From: an uncultured Candidatus Rokubacteria bacterium
Lineage (GTDB): Bacteria; Methylomirabilota; Methylomirabilia; Rokubacteriales; DASRDR01
Assembly: GCA_963805625.1 (NCBI GenBank)
Contig: CAWDVE010000017.1
Location: 352,001 to 416,000 of the forward strand
Direction: 5' to 3'
DNA length: 64,000 nt
Part shown: positions 41,716 through 50,079 of the stretch, piece by piece
How the letters are laid out: each line of letters starts with the position of its first letter
How positions within the stretch are numbered: the stretch's first letter is position 1
Program-made: the position numbers and the translations under genes
Notes under the pieces: model-generated
What the model was told of the DNA's origin: nothing
Databases searched by the model: none
Seen by the model: the letters and a program-made list of their open reading frames with translations, nothing else

Positions 41716-42740
41716 TCACCGCGCTCCCGCCCGTCGTGGCCTGGCCCGCCGGGGTGATCCTGGCCGCGCTCCTCGGCAGCTTCCTCAATGTCTGCATCTC
41801 CCGGCTACCGCGCGGGGAGAGCATCGTCCTGCCCGCATCGCACTGCCCGAACTGCCAGAATCCCATCCGACCGCTGGACAACATCCCCCTCGTGTCCTAC
41901 CTCGTCCTGGGCGGGCGTTGCCGAGCGTGCGGCGTGGCGATCTCCTGGCGGTACCCCCTGGTCGAGGCGCTCGCCGTCGTGCTCGGGGTCCTGATCCTGT
42001 GGCAGCTCGGGCCGACCTGGAATGCGGTGCGCGCATTCCTCCTCTGCCTGGCGATGGTGGCGGCCGCGTTCACCGACCTCGAGACGCGGCGGATCCCGGA
42101 CCGGATCACACTGCCGGGTGTGGTCGTCGCCTGCATCCTCGCCCCCGAGGGGCTCGGCCGGGGAAGTGCCGGGGCGGCGATTGGCGCGGCGATCTTCGCC
42201 GCGATCTCGATGGCGCGCGCCCGAGGCGCGGCGTCCCGCGGAGCGCCGCCCCCGCCCACCGAGGGGGAGGACGAGGTGGATCCCGCGGAGCGTCGGCGGC
42301 TCGACGTCTACTGGGCGGCGGCGTGGGGCGCGCTGATTGGACGGCAGCTCGCGGTGGTGAACCTCGCGGCGTTGACGGCGCCGGGCTGGCCGCTCACCTT
42401 TCGCGTCCTGGGCCAGGTCGACCTCCCGGTTACCGGCTGCATCGTCACGGGTGGCCTCTTCTTTCTCGTGGCCTGGCTCAGCCACGCCGTGCTCGGGCGC
42501 ACGGGCCTGGGCGGCGGGGACATCAAGCTGGCGGGGCTCATCGGGGCCGCCCTCGGCGCAGGCGGCGGGCTGGTCGCGGCGTTCGTAGGGATCATACTCG
42601 GGGGCGTGTTGGCCGCGGCCCTGCTCGTCTCGGGTCGCCGGCAGTTTGGCGAATACCTGCCCTTCGGGCCCTTCCTGGCCGTCGGAGGGATCGTGGCGGC
42701 CGTTTGGGGCCGCCCCATCATGGAGTGGTACCTTGGCTGA
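41712..42740 (+). CDS. pilD: Prepilin peptidase/N-methyltransferase PilD with internal insertion
   Basis: GSFLNVCI.RLP, SHCPNC, NIPLVSY..L.GRCRAC, YPLVE, TDL....IPD, GGGDIKL, PFGPFLA. Confidence 0.93.
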   Translation: MITALPPVVAWPAGVILAALLGSFLNVCISRLPRGESIVLPASHCPNCQNPIRPLDNIPLVSYLVLGGRCRACGVAISWRYPLVEALAVVLGVLILWQLGPTWNAVRAFLLCLAMVAAAFTDLETRRIPDRITLPGVVVACILAPEGLGRGSAGAAIGAAIFAAISMARARGAASRGAPPPPTEGEDEVDPAERRRLDVYWAAAWGALIGRQLAVVNLAALTAPGWPLTFRVLGQVDLPVTGCIVTGGLFFLVAWLSHAVLGRTGLGGGDIKLAGLIGAALGAGGGLVAAFVGIILGGVLAAALLVSGRRQFGEYLPFGPFLAVGGIVAAVWGRPIMEWYLG

Positions 42741-43620
42741 GCCGACCAGGACCGCCCGACGCGGCTCCTTCCGACCGGGGCGAGGTGTCCGGAAGAAGTT
42801 CCGGCTCGCCATTCTCATGGCGGGACTCCTTCCGCTGCTGTTCCTGGTCTACCTGGGATTGCCGGTCCTGCTTCCCAGCACGGTGACCGCTCCCCTCTAC
42901 CCGAAGGGCGCGCCCGTCTTCTTCTTGCTCCTCGCGTTCCTGGCGTTCCTCGAGGTGGCAGGCTTCTACATGATCTACAGCGACGTCCTCGGTTACATGC
43001 AGCGGAGCCTGGAGGACGAGCTGGATCGGCTGAGGGTGGGCGGGGCGAAGGTCGACGGGATCGTGGAGGAGCTCCGGCTGGCCAACTTCCGCCTCCGGGA
43101 GATGTCGCACACGGACGAGCTCACGGAGGTCGGCAACCGGCGGAGCTTCGACTTGCGGCTTCGGGAAGAGATCAGCCGGTCCAGCCGGTTCGGACACGCG
43201 TTCAGCCTGCTGATGATCGACATCGACGGGTTCAAGAAGTTCAACGACGAGTTCGGCCACCCGAAGGGAGACGCGGTGCTGCGCGCCCTCGGCGCGCTCA
43301 TGCGCTCGGCGTCGCGCGAGGGCGACGTGCCCTGCCGGGTTGGCGGCGAGGAGTTCGCGTTCATCCTGCCCGAGACGGGCAAGCCCGAGGGGCTGGTGTT
43401 CGCCGAGCGATTCCGCCGGCGCGTGGAGTCGAGCGTGATGGCGCCCGACAGCCTGAATCCGATCACGGTGAGCATCGGGCTGGCGGCGTTTCCCCAGGAC
43501 GGCCGGAACCCGGACGAGATCGTGTGGGCGGCCGACGAGGCACTATACGAGTCGAAGCGAGCAGGCCGGAACCGGGTGACGACCTACCCACGCAAGAGCG
43601 ACGAGGTCCCGGCCGGCTGA
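42733..43620 (+). CDS. Membrane-bound diguanylate cyclase
   Basis: Two TMs, coiled coil, TDELT...NRR, DIDGFKKFND.FGH..GD, I-site REGD, GGEEF; TTG start overlaps the pilD end. Confidence 0.92.
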   Translation: MAEPTRTARRGSFRPGRGVRKKFRLAILMAGLLPLLFLVYLGLPVLLPSTVTAPLYPKGAPVFFLLLAFLAFLEVAGFYMIYSDVLGYMQRSLEDELDRLRVGGAKVDGIVEELRLANFRLREMSHTDELTEVGNRRSFDLRLREEISRSSRFGHAFSLLMIDIDGFKKFNDEFGHPKGDAVLRALGALMRSASREGDVPCRVGGEEFAFILPETGKPEGLVFAERFRRRVESSVMAPDSLNPITVSIGLAAFPQDGRNPDEIVWAADEALYESKRAGRNRVTTYPRKSDEVPAG

Positions 43621-43679
43621 CGCGGGCGCTTTTGGAACGGGCAGAGGCGAAAACACGCCATGTCTGTGTGGAATTGAGG

Positions 43680-44188
43680 ATGTCTCGCTTGAGTGCGTTC
43701 CGTAGGATTGCGTGGCCTCGGCAGGGAGCTCAGCTCGGGCTGACCGCGGAGGAACTGATGGTCGTTCTGGTTATCGTTGCGATCCTGGCTTCGCGGCATA
43801 CCCGTGGCTCTCCAACGTGCGCGAGGTCCTGATAGTGAAGGGCGCTGCCGAGAATGTTGCGGGCGCGATCCGAATGGCTCGACAGCTCGCCATCACCCAG
43901 GGCTCGAACCACTGCATCGAGTTCGGGTCGGGCCAGTATCGGATTCGACAGGCGGACACGACCCCATCGTGCACCGGGGCCGTCGTCTCCAGCTACGACT
44001 GGCAGAACCTGTCCGAGAGCGGAACGGTCGTGTCGACAGCGCCGACCCTTGCCTTCGATCCGATCGGGAATCGAATCCTTCCGGGCGGCGGGGCCGGCAC
44101 GATCTTCAGCGTTAACACATTACCCTCGTCCTGCCTCAGTACCATCACCGTGACGCTCTATGGAGGCGTTCGGGTGGCGGGCTGCTGA
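43680..44188 (+). pseudogene. FimT/FimU-like minor pilin, frameshifted (or sequencing error)
   Basis: LG|LTAEELMVVLVIVAIL in one frame continues as GFAAYPWL..AA..VAGAIRMARQLAI in another; restoring one G at 43787-43788 joins them. Confidence 0.78.
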
Positions 44189-44202
44189 AAAGGGAAACTC
44201 CG

Positions 44203-44622
44203 ATGCGAAGAAGGGATCAGCGCGGCGTCACCATGGTGGAGCTGATGGTGGCGATGGTCCTCATGGCCGTGGCCCTTCTCGCCCTTGCTGCGTCGATCCC
44301 CTATGCCTTGTATGGCGTGGTGGCGAGTGGATTCCAGACCACGGCGACCCAGCTGGCTCAGGAGGCGATCGAGCGCGCCACGGCGACGGACTATGAAACC
44401 ATCCCGAACCTGAGCTTCGACGGGTCATCGGGGACCCTGCCCGCCGACTGCAGCGGCAGCTTGCGCCCGGTGACGGCGTTCGCCGGGTTCAGTCGCTGCG
44501 TGGCTGTCCAGTCGGGCACCCCGACGAGCACCACGATGACGATCACTGTGGTCGTTGACTTCAGCGGGTCGGTACCGAACCCGATCTACAAGACGACGGT
44601 CGTGACCATCCGAGCGAATTGA
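44203..44622 (+). CDS. PilV-like minor pilin
   Basis: QRG|VTMVELMVAMVLMAVALLALA, ATQLAQEAIE, ITVVV. Confidence 0.85.
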   Translation: MRRRDQRGVTMVELMVAMVLMAVALLALAASIPYALYGVVASGFQTTATQLAQEAIERATATDYETIPNLSFDGSSGTLPADCSGSLRPVTAFAGFSRCVAVQSGTPTSTTMTITVVVDFSGSVPNPIYKTTVVTIRAN

Positions 44623-44633
44623 GGGTGCCGAAT

Positions 44634-45464
44634 ATGTCTCGCAGGACGATGTCCTTACTGCGCGACGGGCGTGGACGCAGCGTGATCGAGCTGGTTGTCA
44701 CCCTCGCGCTCTTCGCCCTGGTGATGGTCGGTGTCGTTGGCACCTGGGGTAAGGCGCAGGAAGCCTACTTCATCGGGTCGGAGTCGGCCGAGGTGCAGCA
44801 GAATGTGCGCGCCGCCATGGACTTCATGGTCCGCGAGATCCGATCGGCAGGCCGGGACGCCACCGTCTGTGCGTTCGACTATGCGACGTCCTCGACCGTC
44901 GACTGTGATGGGGGCAAGGTGGCGAACTGCACCGCCAGGCTCGCCGGGACGGGCACCCCGACCTGGGAGACCGGTAACGGCGTCGGCGGTCCCGGGTGCA
45001 CCGGGTTATATGCGATCCCCTTCGCGCAGGCGACGGCGACCACCCTGCGCATACGCTCGGACCGCAACCACAATGGGCGGATCGCCGGGTTGGGTAATGC
45101 CATTACTTCACCGGCATCGGCGGCTGACCGCGGCGAGGAGGACGTGCTCTACGCGCTTTCGACGGTGAACTGCCCGCCGGGAGTGCCCCAGTGCATCACG
45201 CGGGACGATGGGACGGGACCTGTGGCGATGGTGGCGGTGGACATCAATGGCCTGACGTTTACCTACTACCCCCGGGCGAACTTCGGCCCCTGTGCCGGCC
45301 AGGCCAACCCATGCAACATCGCCTTCGGGCTGCCGCTGTCGAGCCAGTCCCAAGCGGACAACATCGGGCGGATCCGCATCTCGGTCCAGGCGCAGCAGCA
45401 AATCGGCGGCCAAATGGTGAGCAGCACCCTTGTCACCGAAGTTACACTCCGAAACCGTTCGTAG
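44634..45464 (+). CDS. PilW-like minor pilin
   Basis: G|RSVIELVVTLALFALVM, QQNVRAAMDFMVREIRSAG, Cys-rich head, C-terminal V.LRN. Confidence 0.82.
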   Translation: MSRRTMSLLRDGRGRSVIELVVTLALFALVMVGVVGTWGKAQEAYFIGSESAEVQQNVRAAMDFMVREIRSAGRDATVCAFDYATSSTVDCDGGKVANCTARLAGTGTPTWETGNGVGGPGCTGLYAIPFAQATATTLRIRSDRNHNGRIAGLGNAITSPASAADRGEEDVLYALSTVNCPPGVPQCITRDDGTGPVAMVAVDINGLTFTYYPRANFGPCAGQANPCNIAFGLPLSSQSQADNIGRIRISVQAQQQIGGQMVSSTLVTEVTLRNRS

Positions 45465-45483
45465 CAGAGAAGCAGCGGGGAAG

Positions 45484-47046
45484 ATGAGATCAACCCTACA
45501 CAGCCAGCGGGGATCGGCCCTCATCATTGCGGTCATCGCAATGCTCATCCTCGGTATCCTGAGCTTCTCGTTCGCCCTCCTGGCAAGGATTGAGATGACG
45601 ACCGGGATCAACTACAAATTTCAGGCCCAGGCCGAGGCCCTGGCCGAGGCCGGGCTCGAACGGGGGCGGGACGAGGTTCGCACCGCGGCCGACGAGGCAT
45701 GCGGGTTCACGAAATGGACCGACCCCGGCAACTCGTCCCCGTACGGCTGTGGCGCCGGGTTCGCCAAGCTGCTCTTCAACAGTGTCGGTTTGGGGGCCGG
45801 CAACTACTCGGCGGTCATCGATAATGACTGCAGCCCCCTCGTGCCCGCGGCGATCCAGGACCCGAGCTGTAGCGGGGGCTTGGCCGGCCGCGACACGAAC
45901 GAGACGGCGATCCTCACGGCCTGGGCTACGGCAGCGAACGGGCAGGGACGGGCCCGGGTGCGCGCGGTTCTCGGGATCGACAATCCCTGGAAGCACGTCT
46001 GCTCGAACTCGAGCCAGGACAATCCGCCCGGCTACTGCAACGAGCCGGCCAACCGGAACGGAAGTCCCTCGATCGTGCCGGCGGACCCGAACGAGTACCC
46101 GGGCGGCCCCGCTGCATACGATGAGTTGCCCCGGCCCCAATTGGGCTGTTCTGCGGTCGACGTGACCCTGCACTATGAAACGGTCGGCAACTGCCCCCCT
46201 GGTACGAACGATGACTACCCCTATACGCTGGGTCGGCGGTACGTCGTCCAGGGCGATACCATCAAGGGCAACTGCGGCACCTTCGGCGGAGTCACCTTCA
46301 GAGGGTATTTCGACTGCGCTCTCACGACGCCCTGCGAGGCGCCGGCCTGTAGTCCCACCCGCAGGGCCTGCGTCCCCGCTTTGGACCCACGGTTATCTGA
46401 CACCACCCGTTACTACGACGCTTCAAGCCCCGGTGGGTGCGGCGCCAATACTGGGATGGTCTTCATCGGCAACGTGAACTGGAACAACCATGGCAATGTC
46501 GGGGGCTCCGGGAATGGCCGGAACATGTACGTGATGAATGGCACGTTGTCCATCCAGGGGGACGTGTTCCACGGGGTCATCGTGGTCGAAGGCGATGGGG
46601 GCGGCGGCGACGACCTCCAGCACAGGAACCAGGCGATCATCTGGACCGAGCAAACCAACACGACTCATGGCCGGCCGGTATACGGCTATCCCCTGGCCTA
46701 TCTGGTTTATGATTCGGAGCTGCCGGCTCCGACGGCCAATCCTCTGGCGCCCCAGAATACGTTCTCCGACATCGGCAGTGCCTCCGGAACCGAAGTCCAC
46801 GGGCTCGTCTACTCGGGCGGGCATGCGCAGTTCAAGCCCGTCATCATGGATGGGGGCGTCATCGCTTTCGAGATCCAGACCCAGTCCACGGCCTCCAGCT
46901 ACGGCTACAACTCCACGTATGGCAACGCGGCCCCCCCGCCTGGCTTCCCGGTGGGATCGGGCAATACGGTGGTCCTCGTCCGGAAGTCGTTCCTCGTTTG
47001 CGTGGACTACGCCGCCGACACGGGAGGCGGCAGCTCCTGTCGGTAG
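45484..47046 (+). CDS. Large Cys-rich PilX-like minor pilin
   Basis: QRG|SALIIAVIAMLILGIL (no E5, as in PilX), AEALAEAGLE; 520 aa with 16 Cys. Confidence 0.8.
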   Translation: MRSTLHSQRGSALIIAVIAMLILGILSFSFALLARIEMTTGINYKFQAQAEALAEAGLERGRDEVRTAADEACGFTKWTDPGNSSPYGCGAGFAKLLFNSVGLGAGNYSAVIDNDCSPLVPAAIQDPSCSGGLAGRDTNETAILTAWATAANGQGRARVRAVLGIDNPWKHVCSNSSQDNPPGYCNEPANRNGSPSIVPADPNEYPGGPAAYDELPRPQLGCSAVDVTLHYETVGNCPPGTNDDYPYTLGRRYVVQGDTIKGNCGTFGGVTFRGYFDCALTTPCEAPACSPTRRACVPALDPRLSDTTRYYDASSPGGCGANTGMVFIGNVNWNNHGNVGGSGNGRNMYVMNGTLSIQGDVFHGVIVVEGDGGGGDDLQHRNQAIIWTEQTNTTHGRPVYGYPLAYLVYDSELPAPTANPLAPQNTFSDIGSASGTEVHGLVYSGGHAQFKPVIMDGGVIAFEIQTQSTASSYGYNSTYGNAAPPPGFPVGSGNTVVLVRKSFLVCVDYAADTGGGSSCR

Positions 47047-47061
47047 GTGTTCTCAGGCCCC

Positions 47062-47121
47062 TGGCGCGGCAAATGCTAACGTTTCACAATATCTCGAAGT
47101 CCACGCAGCCCTGCGTATAAT
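47062..47121 (+). promoter_or_regulatory. Candidate promoters for the hybrid kinase: sigma54-like site and -10 box implying leaderless mRNA
   Basis: TGGCGCG-GCAA-ATGCT (47062-47077); perfect TATAAT at 47116-47121, 6 nt before ATG 47128, no SD. Confidence 0.5.
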
Positions 47122-47127
47122 AGCGCC

Positions 47128-49893
47128 ATGCCACCGCCCCCGAGCAGCACGTACAAGGTAGGTCTGGTCGGGACGGGGATCCACCTCGTTCAGGCGATCG
47201 AGGCGCTCCGGGCCGTCCAGGGAGTCACGATCGCCATCGTTGCCGACGCGAGTGACCGCTCTGACGGGGGCAAGCTCGCGAAGAGCCTCCACCTGCCGGT
47301 CGTCAAGAACGCCATGGAGGTATTCAAGACCGAGGCCAACCTCGTCATCGAGGTCAGCGGCGACGAGCGCCAGTACGAGCGGCTCCTGTCGATCAAGCCA
47401 CCGGGCGTCGAGGTGATGAGCGTTCGCGGCGCCCGTCTTTTCATGGATCTCCTCAAGAAGGCCGAGGTCGCGCCGGGTGGGGGGGAGCTCGGAGGCCCAG
47501 CGGCCGGATCCCCGGTCTCCCGCGACGGCATCCACCTGCTCGAGCCCCTGACCGTGGCACTCGAGGACGCCCTCCGCCACACGGGGGCCCCGGGTGACTC
47601 GGCCAAGGCGATGCTCCCGGGAGTTGCCCGCGCGACGGGGATGGAATGGGCGGCGCTCGCCATGCCGGGCACGGGGGGTGCCCTCTCGTGGATCGTCGCC
47701 GCCCCGGAGAGCATGGCGCTGTCCCGACTGCCGGCCGACAAGATCCGGCAGGTTCTCGGGCGAGGCGAACCCCTCTGGTTGATGCGGCCGAGCAAGGGTG
47801 TAGGGACCGCCGGGATTCTTCCGCTGCACGCGGGCGCTGATCTAATGGGCCTCCTGCTGGTGGGTCGATCGGGTGACAGCGCCGCGACGCCGGCGGAGCT
47901 CCTCGCCTCCCAGCTCGCGGCGGGCGTGGTGTCCTCCTCACTGCGGGCCGCCCAGCCGGCCGCCGCGGCCGCTCCAATCGAGGTCGTGAAGGAAGTCGTG
48001 CGAGAGGTGCCGGTCGAGGTAGTCCGTGAGGTGGAGGTCATCCGGGAGATCCCGGTCGACCGCGAGGTCATCCGGGAAGTACCGGTGGAGGTCGTGAAGG
48101 AGATCGTGCGGGAGGTGCCGGTCAACCAGGAGGTCGTGCGCGAGGTGGTGCGGGAGGTCCCGGTCGAGGTGATCCGCGAAGTGGAGGTCGTCCGGGAGGT
48201 CCCGGTCCAGGTTCCCGTGGAGTTCCTGAAGGAGATTGTGCGAGAAGTGCCGGTGGACCGGGAGGTCGTGCGGGAGGTGCCGGTCGAAGTCGTGAAGGAG
48301 GTCGTGCGGGAAGTGCCGGTCGATCGCGAGGTCGTCCGGGAGGTTCCGGTGGAAGTCGTGAAGGAGGTCATCCGGGAGGTGCCCGTCGACCGCGAGGTAG
48401 TGCGGGAAGTCCCGGTCGAGGTGATCCGCGAGGTGGAGGTCATCCGGGAGGTCCCGGTTCAGGTTCCCGTGGAGTTCCTGAAGGAGGTCGTGCGAGAAGT
48501 CCCGATCGAGCGCGAGGTTATCCGCGAAGTTCCCGTGGAAGTCGTGCGGGAGGTGCCGGTCGACCGCGAGGTCGTCCGGGAAGTCCCGGTCGAGGTGGTC
48601 AAGGAGATCGTCCGGGACGTTCCGGTGGAGATCATCCGGGAGGTGCCCGTCGACCGGGAGGTCGTACGGGAGGTCGTCCGCGACACCACTCGGATCGACG
48701 AGGAGGAGTTTCGGCGGCTGCGCCGACGGCTCGAGGAGCTGGAAACGACCCAGGATCAGCTGGCCGCACGGGCCGGCCGGATCCCCGTCGACGAGAAGAT
48801 GCAAGCCCTCCTAAACATGGCCGGCGGGGTAGGGCACGTCTTCAACAACGTGCTGGCGGGCATTCTCGGGCGCACCCAGCTCCTGGTGAAGCGGGCCTCA
48901 CGGGAGAAATCTCGGGAGATCGCCTCGGGGCTGCACGAGATCGAGTCCGCCACTCGCACCGGGATCGACGCCCTCTCGCGGATCCAGGAGTTCAGCCGCT
49001 CCCGGCCGGCCGAGCCGTTCGGCCCCGTCGACCTGAACGACATCGTCCAGCGTGCGGTCGAACAGACGCGGGCGAGGTGGCGGGACGAGCCCACGGCGCG
49101 CGGCGCGCCCATCGAGCTGATCACCCACTTCGGGCCGCACGCGCAGCTCATCGGGGCCGAGTCGGAGCTGCTCGAAGCCACCGTGCAGTTGCTCCACAAC
49201 GCTGTGGACGCCATGCCGCGGGGCGGTACGATCACGATTCGCACCGGGCTCGACGCCGGCCGTGCCACCATGTCGGTGTCGGACACGGGCGTGGGTATGT
49301 CCGAGGCGGTCCGCCGGCGCGCGTTCGAGCCGTTCTTCTCGACCAAGGGTGAGACCGGCCTGGGCCTCGGGCTCTCGATGGTCTACGGGGTCATGGCCCG
49401 CCATGGAGGCGATTCCACGCTCGACAGCGAGGAAGGGCGCGGCACGACGGTCACGCTGCGCCTGCCGACTGCTGGCGAGGGCGCGCCCCCTCCGCTCGCT
49501 GGCGCCGAGACGGATCGCCCGCAGGTGCTGCTGGTGGACGATGACGAGACCGTCCGGACGGCCGTCGGCGACATGCTGCGCGGCGCCGCCTACTCCGTCA
49601 CGCTGGCGGGCTCGGGCCTCGAGGGTATCGCCAAGGTGCGTGAACGCGAGGGCGCGTACGATCTCGTCATCACCGATCTCGGCATGCCGGACGTTCCCGG
49701 ATGGGAGGTCGTCGAGGCGGTGAAACAGGTGGACGCGACCACGCCGGTCGTGATCCTGTCCGGGTTCGATCGGGCGCGCGCGACACGCCGCGCGCGAGAG
49801 CTAGGCGTCGACATGGTGATCTCCAAGCCGTTCGACATTCAGGAGTTCCTCACCACTGTCCACGGGCTTCTGGCCGGCCGCAAACGCGGCTAG
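47128..49893 (+). CDS. Cytoplasmic hybrid histidine kinase with Rossmann-like and GAF-like input and a long Val/Glu/Arg/Pro repeat
   Basis: KVGLVGTG N-terminus, GAF-like LPL......GLLLVG, repeat, GVGHVFNN H box, NAVDAM, DTGVGM, FEPFFSTK, GLGLGL, REC (LVDDD, TDLGMP, KPF). Confidence 0.9.
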   Translation: MPPPPSSTYKVGLVGTGIHLVQAIEALRAVQGVTIAIVADASDRSDGGKLAKSLHLPVVKNAMEVFKTEANLVIEVSGDERQYERLLSIKPPGVEVMSVRGARLFMDLLKKAEVAPGGGELGGPAAGSPVSRDGIHLLEPLTVALEDALRHTGAPGDSAKAMLPGVARATGMEWAALAMPGTGGALSWIVAAPESMALSRLPADKIRQVLGRGEPLWLMRPSKGVGTAGILPLHAGADLMGLLLVGRSGDSAATPAELLASQLAAGVVSSSLRAAQPAAAAAPIEVVKEVVREVPVEVVREVEVIREIPVDREVIREVPVEVVKEIVREVPVNQEVVREVVREVPVEVIREVEVVREVPVQVPVEFLKEIVREVPVDREVVREVPVEVVKEVVREVPVDREVVREVPVEVVKEVIREVPVDREVVREVPVEVIREVEVIREVPVQVPVEFLKEVVREVPIEREVIREVPVEVVREVPVDREVVREVPVEVVKEIVRDVPVEIIREVPVDREVVREVVRDTTRIDEEEFRRLRRRLEELETTQDQLAARAGRIPVDEKMQALLNMAGGVGHVFNNVLAGILGRTQLLVKRASREKSREIASGLHEIESATRTGIDALSRIQEFSRSRPAEPFGPVDLNDIVQRAVEQTRARWRDEPTARGAPIELITHFGPHAQLIGAESELLEATVQLLHNAVDAMPRGGTITIRTGLDAGRATMSVSDTGVGMSEAVRRRAFEPFFSTKGETGLGLGLSMVYGVMARHGGDSTLDSEEGRGTTVTLRLPTAGEGAPPPLAGAETDRPQVLLVDDDETVRTAVGDMLRGAAYSVTLAGSGLEGIAKVREREGAYDLVITDLGMPDVPGWEVVEAVKQVDATTPVVILSGFDRARATRRARELGVDMVISKPFDIQEFLTTVHGLLAGRKRG
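47977..48684 (+). repeat. Intragenic degenerate tandem repeat encoding (E/D)-V-V-R-E-V-P-V units
   Basis: 236 codons almost only V/I/E/R/K/P/D; 66-nt unit at 48256, 48322, 48388; higher-order copy at 48166 and 48418 (252 nt apart); synonymous codon variation. Confidence 0.95.
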
Positions 49894-49935
49894 CCATCTC
49901 CCATAAGTTCTTGTAATCGTTGATGTTTTAAAATG

Positions 49936-49964
49936 TTGACTAGCAATTCCACGCGAGTCATACT
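49936..49964 (+). promoter_or_regulatory. Sigma70 promoter of pilMNOPQ
   Basis: TTGACT-N17-CATACT in an AT-rich intergenic region; IHF-like TTACAAGAACTTA on the minus strand just upstream. Confidence 0.7.
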
Positions 49965-50079
49965 CACCAACAAGTAATTACTACAAAGACCTGTAAACAG
50001 AACGATGGAAGAGCGAAAAAAAATAGTTTTGGGGTTTCGCGGATGCTGCGCGAGACTCGCGGGCAGTGAGGAATAACCT

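Noticed and set aside
42733-43620. GGDEF as a Hypr-type cGAMP synthase
   Set aside because: The specificity position is Asp (GHPKGD), as in ordinary diguanylate cyclases
47977-48684. Repeat array considered as CRISPR or non-coding VNTR
   Set aside because: No identical repeats with unique spacers; variation is synonymous and in frame; no cas genes
47190-48804. Long antisense ORFs with Thr/Ser/Arg or Asp/Leu/His repeats
   Set aside because: They mirror the sense-strand VREVPV repeat; the sense frame has clear kinase domains
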